A stretch of 64,000 nucleotides of DNA from Octopus sinensis. Its lineage: Eukaryota. A program made the position numbers and the translations under genes. This document shows positions 50,597 through 63,809 of the stretch, in pieces (within the stretch, counting starts at the first letter, position 1; each line of letters starts with the position of its first letter). The notes beneath the pieces were generated by a model that worked only from the letters and a program-made list of their open reading frames with translations, was not told the origin of the DNA and did not search any database. Where the stretch lies: positions 129,022,001-129,086,000 of the forward strand of contig NC_042997.1 of the NCBI RefSeq assembly GCF_006345805.1. Reading direction: 5' to 3'.

Positions 50597-52479
50597 TTAT
50601 ATAACGCTATTTATTTTTTATTTATTTTATCTAGCTTCAGCTCACGAGCTGTGGCCATGCTGGGGCACCGCTATGCATACATATATCTAGGTATCTGAAT
50701 GTGGATTTGTGTATGCATATTTGCATGTGTGTGATTTATATATATATATATAATAAACATATACATACATATGTTTGGGACTGTGTATAAGTAATGACTA
50801 AGTTTGTATAAGCCGGTGTGTGTGCGTAAATGGTGACTATATACATTGTGTCATATAAACATATACATATATACGTAAAAACTTTATTCTTTTTTTTTTT
50901 TTGCCAAGTGTGTATATTTCAGCAAGCTTATTGTGCTATTTTCATTTTTCGTTTGTGCAATTTTCACCAGTGCCATTTTCCCCCATGCCATTATTACCCT
51001 TCACCCTTGAGCAAGACATTTTATTTCACGTTACTCCAGTCCACTCAGCTGACAAAAAAAGAATAATAGTTGAATTTTAGAGGGCCAGCCACAGCCTAGT
51101 TTTAGATACAGAAATACATCAACAGAGACAGTAGAATTTCTAGTCCTCGAGCCAAAAGCTTAACGTCCTTTTGTCTCTAGGAGTGTTGCTCACCAAAAAG
51201 AAAGCGCTCAGCTTCACTATCAAAACATTCAATGTAATCTTTTATTTGAGTGTCTCATTCAAAAAGTCAAACAGGCCGCAGTTTGTTCATAATTGTTGTG
51301 GCGCCTTGTCGAAACCGATATTTATATACCTTTTCACAAGCACTCACATACTTTCATAATTCACCCCAGAATTCTAACATACACATTCTCACTGCCAAAC
51401 AGACTGCTCACATACTTATATACGGAAGTTTTCTTTACTAAAAGACGCTTAACTCTTTCTTTATCTGGTCAAATAGAGGTTCGAAAATTGTATTATGTAA
51501 CGTCGAACAATAAATAAATATTTTTATATTATAGGTGAATTATCACACTCGACATCACTTCTATTACTATCTTCCCAACAACTCGTAACTTCCGCCGAAA
51601 ATCCGAATTCTTTCTCCTATCAAAGCAACGAAACAACAATACTACAACCAAAACGTTACGAGTCCAAAAGTCCCCAATATTAACCTTTCGCTTATCATGT
51701 AGTCTTCTACATTATTTCCTCTTTTCTTCTCATTTGTTCTTCCAGTTCTTCAAATCAATCTTCAATTTTATCCAGTTTAACTATTGTCACCTTCGTTTTA
51801 CCTTTACAATTCTGCAAAACCAGTTGGATTAATTCTATTACATTTTCGTGCAGCTGCAGCTTTCAATTCTGATTCTAACACATCCAGTGCTGCACCAATT
51901 ACCATAGACATCACAATTCAAGATATTGTCTTCATTTTTTTAAAAAACTATTTTACAAGATTATTGTTGTCGCAATCATCTTCCTTACTTTCTGAGTGTG
52001 AGACGTAACAGAATGCATTTCCTTTACTCTGTGACTGATTTCTGCGAACCCTTGTGTCCAGTACTTTTTGAAACGATTATTAATTTTTTTCATTATTCTT
52101 TTTATTTTTCCTGAATAGTCCAGTTCTGTGATGGTAACAAAGTAGTTTCGTAGCAAACTATAGAAAATTTAAATACTAAGAAATAAAATTCTACTGTGGT
52201 ATGTTACTACTAAATTTTGGTCTGGTATGCAGCAATTGACGTCTTTCTTTTCTGTATGCTTAAAAATGAGCATGATAAAAAAGATTACAGGTGACAAAAT
52301 ACTGATACATTTTTTAAATGCATTTCAAAACAAAACAAATTCATATAAAGATATTTGATTGGTCAAAAAAGCAACGCAATTTGCAGTTTACCAGTAAAAT
52401 CAAATAAAAAAATTTAAGTGAAAGGAATTAGTTACTAAATAAACATGCAAAGCGACTTAAATTTACATTACGGTAGGGG

Positions 52480-54700
52480 ACATTGGTAACCTAGAACACG
52501 CACATCTTTATCACTGATGATCGTGAGACTGAGACGTTGATGAACGGAACGCTGTAATTTACCGACAAATCACACGGTAGCTTATTCTGTTCAGCTACAA
52601 ATGCATTAATCCCCATCACATCCACCGCTGCATTGAGGATATGCGGAGTAAAAGAGTTGCTGGCCGTGGTATTCTATATGAAATACTTGCCTCTAGTCTA
52701 AGAGCAAAGAGCGGTTTCATTGAACTTCTTCCCATTATCTCTGAGTAAGTCAACTGGCTTCAGGAATGAAGAGATGTTTGGCAACAATTCGTTTAATAAT
52801 CAAATTTACTTCGTATCACGAAGTTAACATGACAATATTTTAGTATCGAGGAACTTTTCACATCAACATCTCATTCCTCATGTACCAGCTCCGAATTCTA
52901 AGAGCAGTAGAGGTACAGATCTCATCGAGTTAAGTAAGCCAGTGATGTATATATCACACGTAAAGTGTCAACCCAATCTCCAGAAAATTTGGCGTTCGTA
53001 AAAAGTAAGCGACACCTGGGATATTGGTTGAAAAAGAGTAAAAAATTAGTCTTGACAGCAAGTTGTCCCAAACTCTTTCAATCTAGTTACCCTTCTCTGG
53101 AACTTACCATCTCCCGAATTCCTCCACAGTAGTAGACCTTCATCCACCTTCCTATTGGAGCAAGTCCATATCGGAAAGGAGATAATGCTTCCTACCAAAG
53201 ATGAGCAAGATGAATGGAAAAAGGAAACAGAGCAGTGACAGAAAGGAGCATTTACAAAAAATCCAGACTCCCCAGTTGTTTGGAAAATGTAGTCTGACAA
53301 AGGATTTCGAAATGATCTTAACATTGACCAAACTTTCGTTTATCACATAAATTAGGTCATCAAAAGTTGCAGGACGGCTAGAATATGAACACGGGATTAG
53401 GCTTAAGAATGTAAACTAACTTACTAGTCGACAAATATTTTCTAAGAGAAAAACCTTGATGGGGATCAATCATTTCCTCATTTTGAGTAACATCATAGTC
53501 AGAAGTGTGGGTTTGAATACAAGGTCAGAAATTGGGACTTCAAAAGAGCTCCACACCAAAAGAAGAGGAACTATAATGAAGAAGAATTTGCAGGAGAATC
53601 CACATTTGTCGGATGATTTAGTATCCAAAATATACATATGGTATAGTTAATTTGAAGATCCTGCTGCCCAGTTTTTCAATCACCAACTGCAAGTCAGACC
53701 TCAACCTAACAATATTATCGATGTTTATTGCATACAGTGCAAAACACCATATGATCGCTTTAGAAAAAATGCACTGGTCACCAAAAGGTAAATGAGAGGA
53801 CCCCCCGATAAATTTGCCAAGCATAATGGTAGAGTTCTAGGGGCCTCCTCTTCATTGAAGTGAGGGGGATATCATATCTGATTGAAAGGAATAGCTTCTT
53901 TTATTAATCAAGTTTTAACTTGTACTGAGTCTTCAGAAGGAGTGATCACGAATGTCCTCGTAGTGCAGACAGCCACTTCACACCTCCGTTTAATAAAAGC
54001 CTCGAATCGAATGGGTGCAAATTTCGAAGGGAGGTGAAAAAGACCAATGACAAGCACGGTCTCTTGTGAGACATCTCTAAATTGCCATCCAATTGCCATA
54101 GAGCAAAGATCACCATTAGGTTTAAGAAGACCGAACAATTGAGCAGCGAAAAAAAAGAGAAGTATATAGCGAAGGATGTACTAAGAAGAAATATATCCGC
54201 AAACTGCGGGAGACATCCTAAAAGATCGAGGCTAGCATCCCCGGCCAACAGGTGGATATCATCTTTAAGATGGAGAACCAAAGTAAATTTCAGGACTAGA
54301 TCCTACAGAAATATGTGTGAGAGCGCTTTTTAAATTATCTGAAGTAAAGACTGGTGAAAAGTAAACTAGTGATTTGGGCCCCTGTAAGCAATCATCGGTA
54401 GGAAGACTCGGCATTACACTGAGCAAGAGCGAAAAGAGAAGGAAGAAAACAAACTGCCCCTTTGATGTCATATTTACTGAATTTTATGTTGGCGGCTTTC
54501 TTGAGGTTTGAACCCAACGAGTTCGTATTTCCCCCCGACTTGAAATGACAAACAGTAGGTAAGGTTTTAAAATATTCGAATTGTTGTTTCATGGAAGAAA
54601 TGGACGATCTGCTTTCGTTGTCATGGACGTGAAGAGCAACATGTGGGAAAAGAAACAATCTTTGCCATTCGATTCATTAAACATACTTTTTGGGAGAGAG
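52480..54700 (-). mobile_element. Heavily decayed CRE-clade retrotransposon (RT plus RLE)
   Basis: In order: LFGLLKPNGDLCSMAIG (cf. LIAL.K..GG.RPIAVG), SSHLPFGDQCIFS, GKKFNETALCS*TRGKYFI (cf. GKRPDG.TL.PW..GK...WD), HQRLSLTI..VLG. Confidence 0.7.
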
Positions 54701-55760
54701 CATGGGCGAAACAACCCTGACTCCCCCTCCCCCCCGGGTATAGTCGATTAACTTTGACGAGGGAAAACGCCTCAAAACAACTAAATCATCAACAGAAACT
54801 GATACTACGCCATTAGCATAGATGGCGGTGACAGTAGGGCGGTCTGCCCCGGGCGGCATTTTTCATCCTGTTGTAGGCTATTGCTGTAAACAATATGTGT
54901 TTTTTGTGGGATCTTGGGGCGACAAACTGAAGGGCTGCCCCGGGCGGCACACACTCTAGCTACATTAGTGGTTTCAACCTTGCAATAAATAAAATACTTA
55001 TTATCAACTAAAAATGATATAACAAATAGTATTTTATCACGTTGGATATGGAATAATATAGATTTTCTTTAATTTAATTTCGAAATAAATACAATGAAAT
55101 AATTCCACATAAACAAAATATCATTCCTATGACAGAAATAGAAAATTACCGGTGACAAACAAAATAAAATTCAGTGATCTTGCGATATTTGAATATATAA
55201 TAGCGGACAATAATGGAAAATGAACTAAACGGAAGTTCAATGAATTAATGTGAATATTTATTTCGTGGATTCCAACGATGCAACATTAAATACGAACACA
55301 ATAGAAGGGGCAATTAAATATCGCGCCATGCATAAGAACTCTTTAAAACTTATTTACAAGTGTTTACTGGCATTATTCATTTAAAAATAACGTATTCACA
55401 TCATTCATCAAATGCAAATTATATAATATAATTATTATATTTCAGTTCAAGAATTTTAAAAAAAAATTAATTAAATGCATCAAACGCATTTTACACAAAA
55501 TTGGATTTTACAATTCTCATTTTCTTACATCAGGTACATTTCAGTTTCATTTTATTACCGATTATTGCCTCTATTGCCGATCATTAGCGATTATTTATCG
55601 TTCACTTTGATTCATCACATTGCCTTTCAGTTAGTTGCATTTTGTTGTCCGCCATTATACATTTATACATCGAAAGATCGCTGACATTTTTTAAAACATA
55701 AATTCTAAAGCAAATAAAATCATTTTAAAAAAATAAAAATTTTTAAACAAATAAAATTAT

Positions 55761-58421
55761 GGTGAAGGTAAAGCGCGTGTACACTAACCATTTGCGGCAT
55801 TTTGTTTTTGTTTTTTTTTTTCTTTTTCGGATTTCTATGTTTTCGATATTGTAGAATACGATTTTGCCCAAAATTCCCCTTTTCAAAATTTTAATTTTCC
55901 CCACCCCACCTCAATTTCTCAATTTTTAAACTTTTTTCGAATCTTTTCTTTTTAATCCACATAGAAAAATACAGAGATTTTTTCTTAATTTTAATTTTCT
56001 TTAAGAAACACTCAATGCCACTTCCCCCACCTCGTCCACCCATCTTTCAAAAAGCTAAAAACTCTGAATGTTTCACTTTCGTCTGATATTTCACGTATGC
56101 ATAGAATTCTACTGAAATAGCAGACTTCAAAAATATCAGACCACCACCAGAAAATCTGACATGCTAGAAACAAAAGCTAAACGGCATTATTTCTGGTAAA
56201 ACTTTCCCGCTTTCAAAAAACATTCGGAGGTGATGGGTGGAGGCTGGGGAAGGATAATTGAGTGTTTCTTTAAGAAACATTTTTGAAGATTCTTAAAGAT
56301 TCGTAATCTTTATTTTTCTATGTGGATAAAAATAAAAGGTCAAAATCTAGTTTAACACAAAAAAAGTCTAATAGGTTGTAGAATATGTGTAGTAAACGAA
56401 TCTGAAAACTAAAATTTGCGCAAACGAACCCGGTGGGTGAGGAGAGAACTTTCGGAAAATTCACACCATCCGATTTTTTCCTTCATAAGTTTCGGGAAAA
56501 TAGATATCTTTTAATGAAATTTTATATAAATACCTTTCAAACGGCATAGATTACGATTATAAAGAAATTTTTTTCCGAAGGAGTGGGGAGAGTACCTTGG
56601 GAAAATTTACACGATCAGATTTCTTCCCTCATAACTTTCAGGAAAATGAGTATCTTTTAATAAAAGTTTATACAAATACTTTTCAAACGGCATAGATTAC
56701 AATTATAAAGAAATTTGTGCGAAAAGTTTTTCCGAGGGGATGGGGAGATGAGTTTCGGAAAAACGAAGTTTCGGATCAAGAAGACCACGTAAGTTGGAAT
56801 TTCTCCGTTTTGACTGGGGTTTTTCCAATTGTTTTTCACCACAGCCTTCGAAACGATGGGGAGCATCTTTTTATGAAAAATCGGTTTAGAAAATTTATGA
56901 TTTTTTTTTTTTTTTTTGTGATATAAATGTTTTTATGGGGAGAAAAATATTTATTTCTTTATTGCCCACAGAGGGCTAAACATAAAGGGAACAAACAAGG
57001 ACAAAGGGATTAGGTCGATTACATCGACCCCAGTGCGTAACTGGTACTTATTTAATCGACCTCCGAAAGGATGAAAGGCAAAGTCGACCTCGGCGGAATT
57101 TGAACTCAGAACGTAGCGGCAGACGAAATACCTATTTCTTTACTACCCACAAGGAGCTAAACACAGAGAGGACAAACAAGGACAGACAAACGGATTAAGT
57201 CGATTATATCGACCCCAGAGCGTAACTAGTATTTATTTAATCGACCCTGAAAGGATGAAAGCAAAGTCGACCTCGGCGGAATTTGAACTCGGAACGTAAC
57301 CGCAGACGAAATACCGCTAAGCATTTCGCCCGGCGTACTATCGATTCTGCCGATCGCCGCCCTGTGGGGAGAAAAATATTGAAAAACATCAATACATGCG
57401 AGAGTGAGAAAGATATTTATTTATTTATTTATTTTTTTACCAAAAAGGCTCCTCCCATAGTTTTTAAGTGCAAAAAAATTGGCCAAAATCGATCCGGAGG
57501 GGGATGGTGGAGAGTAAAAAAATTAACTTAGGTAGTCTTCCTGATCCGAAACTCCGTTTTTTTAAACTTCTTTCCCCACTCCCTCGGAAAAAATTTTCCT
57601 CACAAATTTCTTTATAATCGTAATCTATGCCGTTTGAAAGGTATTTATATAAAATTTCATTAAAAGCTATCCATTTTCCCGAAAGTTATGACAGAAAAAA
57701 TCGGATGGTGCGAATTTTCCGAAAGTCCTCTCCTCACCCATGGGTTCGTTTGCGCAAGTTTTAGTTTACAGATTCGTTTACTACACATATTTTAAAACCT
57801 ATTAGACTTTGGGGCGTGTGGGGTAGCCGGGTGTTAAACTAGATGTTAACCTATTTTTTAATCCACTTAGAAAAATAAAGATTACGAATCTTTTTCTTAA
57901 AGAAACACTCAAACATCCTTCCCCAACCTCCACCCACAATCTCCGAATGTTTCACTTTTAGCTTTTTTGAAAGCGGGGAAGTTTTACCAGAAATAATGCC
58001 GTTTAGCTTTTGTTTCTAGCATGTCAGGTTTTCTGGTGGTGGTCTGATATTTTTGAAGTCTGCTATTTCGGTAGAATTCTATGCATGCGTGAAACATCAG
58101 ACGAAAGTGAAACATTTTGAGCTTTTAGCTTTTTGAAAGCGGGGAGGTGATGGGTGGACGAGGTGGGGGAAGTGGCATTGAGTGTTTCTTAAAAAAAATT
58201 AAAATCTAAAAAAAAAAAATTCCCAGATTCTTCATCTCTGTATTTTCAATGTGGATTTTTAAAAAATTCGAAAAAAGTTAAAAATTAAGAAATTGAGGTG
58301 GGGTGGGAAAATTAAAATTTTGGGGTAGAATCGTATTCTCCTAAATCGAAAACAAAAATCCTAAAAAACTGAAACAAAAAGAAACCGGAAATGGGTGGTG
58401 TACACACGTTTTGCCTTCATC
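55761..58421. mobile_element. Foldback-like DNA element with ~1-kb inverted arms (Merlin-like ends)
   Basis: Left end GGTGAAGGTAAAGCGCGTGTACAC, right end GTGTACACACGTTTTGCCTTCATC; long inverted match (e.g. 56050-56220 vs 57963-58132); candidate 8-bp TSD aaaattat (55753-55760) / aaaataat (58422-58429); ~145-bp tandem duplication in the left arm only. Confidence 0.88.
56952..57364 (-). mobile_element. Young dimeric SINE family A nested in the foldback element
   Basis: Perfect 16-bp TSD tggggagaaaaatatt at 56936-56951 and 57365-57380; two tandem body units. Confidence 0.92.
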
Positions 58422-59295
58422 AAAATAATTTTTTAAAGATAAATTTTTGAAGCAGATAGAATTATTTTAAAGAAGTAAATTTAATAGTATTTACATTGTC
58501 GAAAAGAAGTGGGTTATGTTATGGTTTTTTTTTTTTACTTTTTGTATTAAAGCTGTGCTTTCTGTCATTTTATAAATATGTGGATCTTTATCAAACGATA
58601 TAAAATATGCATCCGTTCCCTTTCATTTTATTGAGAAATTCTTATTTTAATTTTATATTATAGCATACGCATTTCCAATATTCATTGATTCAATGATAAA
58701 TTGACATTTTATTGATAAACTATGAGAACAAAGAATTGGCAGAAACGACTGAGTGCAGTTCTTTGTGGTAATAAATTATGTCGTTTGTGTTCTTATTTAA
58801 ATTCTATGGGATTGTTTTTCATCCCAACAAAGAAGATAAAAAAGCACGATGTCGATTCAATATATACTTCTATAAAATCTAAGCCCTTAAACAAAGCTCG
58901 TACTTATATGGTTGATTACATGACGAGGTCATGGCTCGAGTAAGGGCGTGTAAGGTTTTAGGAAATGGTTGGCTTCGGCACAAAAAGTTTTTTTAAAGAA
59001 AACATGCTAAGATGGCGGAAGATCTTATAGAAAAAACACAGTCATCACTTAATTAATAATGCCGTGTCAGAAAGACAATACATTATGAGAATTGTATATG
59101 TAACAAGACTTGTTAGCTGGGGTGATGAATTGTTAGTGAAGTTGAATTCGGTTGTGTTGTTCCTCGAAAATAACAAATTATCTTGAAATTTTTTTTTGAT
59201 GAGACCATTTATTTACGCATTACTTTACAATATTTATAGTTGTACTTACTGAAGGTTGTTTTATTGCTTACCAGTACAAATATAGAAATAAATTA

Positions 59296-59499
59296 CAGTT
59301 ATCCCTCGACTATCGCAGGTGTTCCGTTCCAAAACACCCCGCGATAGGTGGATATCCGCGAAGTAGAAACAGTATTTTTTAAATTATTTCTATAATCTGT
59401 ACATATTAATTTTATTCTAAATGCAAAATTAGAGGAATCAACGTAAGTTAAAATAAACTGCGATAGGTGAACCGCGCGCGATATGGCAAGGGATTACTA
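59296..59499. mobile_element. Tc1/pogo-type MITE
   Basis: TA|CAGTTATCCCTCG ... CAAGGGATTACTA|TA; internal repeat gcgataggtg. Confidence 0.7.
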
Positions 59500-60204
59500 T
59501 ATATGGTTTTTTTCTACTAGGAATATGGTAGTTACTTATCCATGTTGTGAGATGTGGGAAAATTACATGTTCATGGCGAACGATTTCGCCCAGGGCCAAG
59601 CAGCGCGTCCAGTTAACTTATCTTCTTGCGGATCTCTTACACACTCTAGTTTACCATGCTTTGAATAAATGTGAGCTTAACACTGTCACTGAAGATTTTC
59701 ACTTTTCGCAGCTGCAGTTTTTCAACATACAAAACTCTACACAACTCATTCAGTTTACATCATGAACAAGTGGGTAGCAGGAACGGGTAACTTGATTAAA
59801 TTGGATGTTGAATGATCGGTAGGGCTAAATTTGGCTGTGTGCTGCTTCACATATAAAACCAAATCTATTTTAGATCTTATGACCATTTATTTGTAGATAA
59901 AATTTTACAATGTTTAAAAAGTTTACTGTATCAGTATTTACCAGTAAAGAGACAAGAACATATGTTGTGTTTTGACTAAAACTTACACAGCCATAACTTC
60001 ATGTTTTGGGGTGGTGAGAAAAGTATATCTTCATGGTGGACAAACAATTCTTTTAACCCAAAGTCGAGCAACAACCAACAAAACAAGTCTTCACACGAAA
60101 CGTTCATGCTTCTCTTTTATTAACCCCTGCTTCTATATCAATAAACATCTTTTGGCGGGAAAATCATGGAAATTCCATTAGAAAACGTATGTTACAAGTA
60201 CTAT

Positions 60205-60437
60205 TGTAATGTGTGTAGAAGGAAGACCGGAAGTGGGGGAGAGATGACGTTACATCGGCAAGTAAGAAAAAAAGTTTCTCTCTTATTCATGCCATCTGCG
60301 ACAGAGGCAAGACGTGGTGATAGAAAGGTTGTGACAACACATTTTAAGAATTGAACAATCTGCCGGAGGTACCTGGTTGCAAGTCGAGGTAAGAATAACT
60401 TTATTTACATGCCTTCAAACCACATGCTATTTTGGCA
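60205..60437 (+). repeat. 5' LTR
   Basis: TGTAAT...TTGGCA; direct repeat of 63456-63681. Confidence 0.8.
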
Positions 60438-63400
60438 CGTTGTTACCAGCTATGAAGATAGGTTCGAGAAGTGGATTTTCTAGATTTTTCTGTTGCTCTT
60501 GTTCTTCCTTTTATTTCTATTTATTTATTATTATTTTTTGTAATGGCCACAAAAATTAGAAACGGTAGTGATATGTTGAGACCGTTCACTGGGGAAGGCA
60601 ATGTGGTGGCCTGGAGGAAGAAGGTGAGACTCGTGGCAAAGCTGCAGGGAATAGATGTGGCTAGCCTTATGCCATTGTACTTAGAAAGCATTGCACTGAA
60701 TCTCTATCTGGAGATGGATGAAGTGGACTAAGAGAAAGCGGGAAAAAACGAATGGCTGAAGGACGCATACGCAGAGGGGGCGTTTAAAGCCTTTGGCTTG
60801 AGAGTAAGATGGACTAGCGTGCAGATAGATGATTGTGTGAGCAAGATTAGGAGGTTGGTGGGCCTAGCAGGATTTACTGGAGCAGCGATGGAGCAAAATG
60901 GTGAAGCTGGCTTCTGTGATTGGCCTCCCCGACCATATCTCCGTATATCTGCTACAGATGCTGGACATCAAAACGATGTCAGTAGGAGAGATGATCGACA
61001 AATCACGGGCATTATCACAAAGCGACACTCACGATCTAGTGGCAACAGTGGTGCTGGATAGGAGTGGGACGAAGAAGCAGTCAGCAAACAACGAGAGCAA
61101 GAGTCTGGTGGGGCGAATGGCCAAGGGACCATACTTTAGATGTTGAGGTCCATACATGGTCAGCGAATGCACGGAACTGAAGCCAATGATGGTGTGTTTC
61201 CAATGCGGCCACCCTGGGTGCATACTGAATAACTGCAAACAGGGAAATGAACATAGGGAGACTACTGTGCTACTTATTCCTTCCATGACCAATTGAAGGT
61301 GCACCACGAAACATTGCCTGTAGTGAGGCTTATGGGGGGGGGAGCACACGCTCTCGTGAATACAGGTTGCACAATAACCTTGTTGACAGCTGGAGAGATA
61401 ACACCAGGTTCAGAGTGGTAGATTGTAGGGAGGTCAAATGTAGAGGCATCAGTAACGTGAAAATGGAAATACAGGGGTCTGTAGGTGATTGTAGTTGATG
61501 AGGTGGTGAATGGTGTCAATGCAGTGGTCAGAATGGAGGTGATCACATGACTGGGGGGTGTGATGGTTGGCAAGGCAGGAATAGAGTTTGGTGACCAGTG
61601 TGGAGCAGAGGAAGAAGACTAAGAGTGACGGATTACTGGCACAGAGAGGGTCTTCTGAGGACCTCTGTGCTGAGTTCAGTTGCGAAAGACAGACAGTGGA
61701 GTACTTTTTGAAAGGAGAACCTCCCATACTGAGAAACAGGTGAGTTGTTACAAGCACACTCTGAAAGGAGAAGCCTGATTTGAGTTCGAGACAGAAATGA
61801 ACAGGTGGATAGAAGAGGGCATTCTGATGCCATGGAGTGAGGAGACGATGGGTGGTGTTCTGCCGTTAATGGTTGTGGTGCAGCCAACAAAAAATAAGGT
61901 CCAACCAGTGCCAGACATCAGAGAACTGAATAAATATGTGTCCTGTCATATGGGTGACGAGGCAGCAGACGTGTGGAGAAACCCTTCATGAGTGGAGGCG
62001 AATGAGGCAGGGCAACTATGATCGGTGACCTCGAGTTGGCCTATCTGCAGTTCCATGTACCAGAGATGTTGTGGAAGTTCCAACTAGTGAGGTAGAGAAG
62101 CAGAATGTACTGCCTGACCCGACTGAGTTTTGACTTGAGTTAGTCACCGAAGATCATGGTGAAGGTCCTCAAGGCGATTTTGAGCAAAGAAGCCAAAGTG
62201 GAGCAGGCTACCAGCTCATATATCAATGATGTCTTGGTAGATGAGAATGTGGCATCAGCAGAGGAAATCATGGACCATCTGAGGAGGTTCGAGCTGACAA
62301 CAAAACTGCCAGAGGCTATAGAATGAGGTAGAAAGTGAGTAGGCTTGTGTTTCACAGAGGAAACGAGATCCCAAACCTAAATTGGAATATGAATAGGCGA
62401 GAGCTGTTCTCAATGTGTGGGAAGTAGGTGGGTACTACTTTGTCACAGGATGGCTCTGAACAGCATGTAGCTATGTCAAATGGCGAGCAGAAGAAGTGAA
62501 CTGGGGTAATAAAGTGGGAGAGAAGACGATGGTGATTATGTGAGAAGTCTTGGAGAAAGTGTGAGCAGAAGATACGTGCTTGGTACAAAGAAAGGGATCA
62601 TGTGGTGCAACGCAAGCAGCATAGCATTAGGAGTAATGCTGGAAATAGGTGTTGAGGTGGGAGACACAGCATGGCTTAGGAAGAGGAATGACTAGAACCA
62701 CATCAATGTAGCCAAATTGAAGGGCCTCAACCTAGCAATGAGATGGGGACTGCAAACTGTCGAGGTCTGGACTGATTCTGTCACAGTGCAAGGGTGGATG
62801 GAGTCAGTGATCACCAACCGGAAGAGGATTCACATGAAAAGAGCTACTGAAATGGTGAGTAAGCATCACCTGGGAATCCTGAGGGAGCTAGCTGCATGTT
62901 ATGTTCATGCCCTCAGAAAAGAATAAGGAAGATATGCTAACCAGAGTAATAAAGCATTGGTTGGAAAACAGAACTAAGAAGGCTGCACAACATGCACCAT
63001 ATGGGGGTCGACAGGACATTGTTTTTGGCTAGGACGGTCAACCCCAAGGTCACCAGGAAAGATTCAGATAGAGGAAGACTGGAAGAGGTTAGCCATTGAT
63101 GTAACGCACTATTGGGGAAAGGTGTACCTTTCAATGGTCAACTGTGGACCAGGGTGAATGGCTATATGGAGAATAATCAGGACGGAGACTGCTGCCAAAG
63201 TTACTGAAGTACTGAATGTGGTGTTCTTGGAAAGGTGACCATGATCAGTATTCTGAATAATGTACCAGTGGATGGAATGCTGTGTTATGTTCTGGATATT
63301 GAAAGGGTGATTAGCTCTTCTGATGATGAAGAGGAGGGGCAAGGCGACCTTGTGACCCTACAATCTCAAAGGTAATGTCGCCCCGACCCCCCATCCAGGT

Positions 63401-63455
63401 GGATGAGTGACTATGGGACAGAACAGGGGATCAGGGATCTTTTGAGTGGGGAGCG

Positions 63456-63681
63456 TGTAATGGAAGGAAGGCTAGAAAGGGGGAGAGATGACATCACGTC
63501 AGCGAGTGAGAAAGAAAGTTTCCCACTTTTTCACGCTCTCTGTGACAGAGGCTAGATGTGGCTGCAGAGAGGTTGTGATAACGTGTGTTAAGAATGAACA
63601 ATCTGCTGGCGGTACCCAATTGCAAGTCAGGGTTAGAATGACTCTATTTACATGCCTTTAAACCACAAGATGCTTTTAACA
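63456..63681 (+). repeat. 3' LTR
   Basis: TGTAAT...TTAACA; follows the polypurine tract. Confidence 0.8.
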
Positions 63682-63809
63682 TTCCTTATCGGATATAGGA
63701 GAAATAGTTGAATCATTAATGGAGATGTTGCTAGTCTAGTTTACAGTTTTCCCTCATTTCAGAACCATATAAAAACATTTGCCCATACCAAACTTCAACC
63801 CTATATCCT

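Larger units (their letters stand above)
60205..63681 (+). mobile_element. Decayed Ty3/Gypsy LTR retrotransposon with both LTRs
   Basis: Gag (LRPFTGEGNVVAWRKKVRLVAKL; knuckle CFQCGHPGCILNNC), protease ALVNTGC, RT (VVQPTKNKVQPVPDIRELNKYV; SSYINDVLV), RNase H (WCNASS; WTDS), integrase (HHMGVDRT; WKRLAIDVTHY) in Gypsy order; polypurine tract gagtggggagcg before the 3' LTR. Confidence 0.92.
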
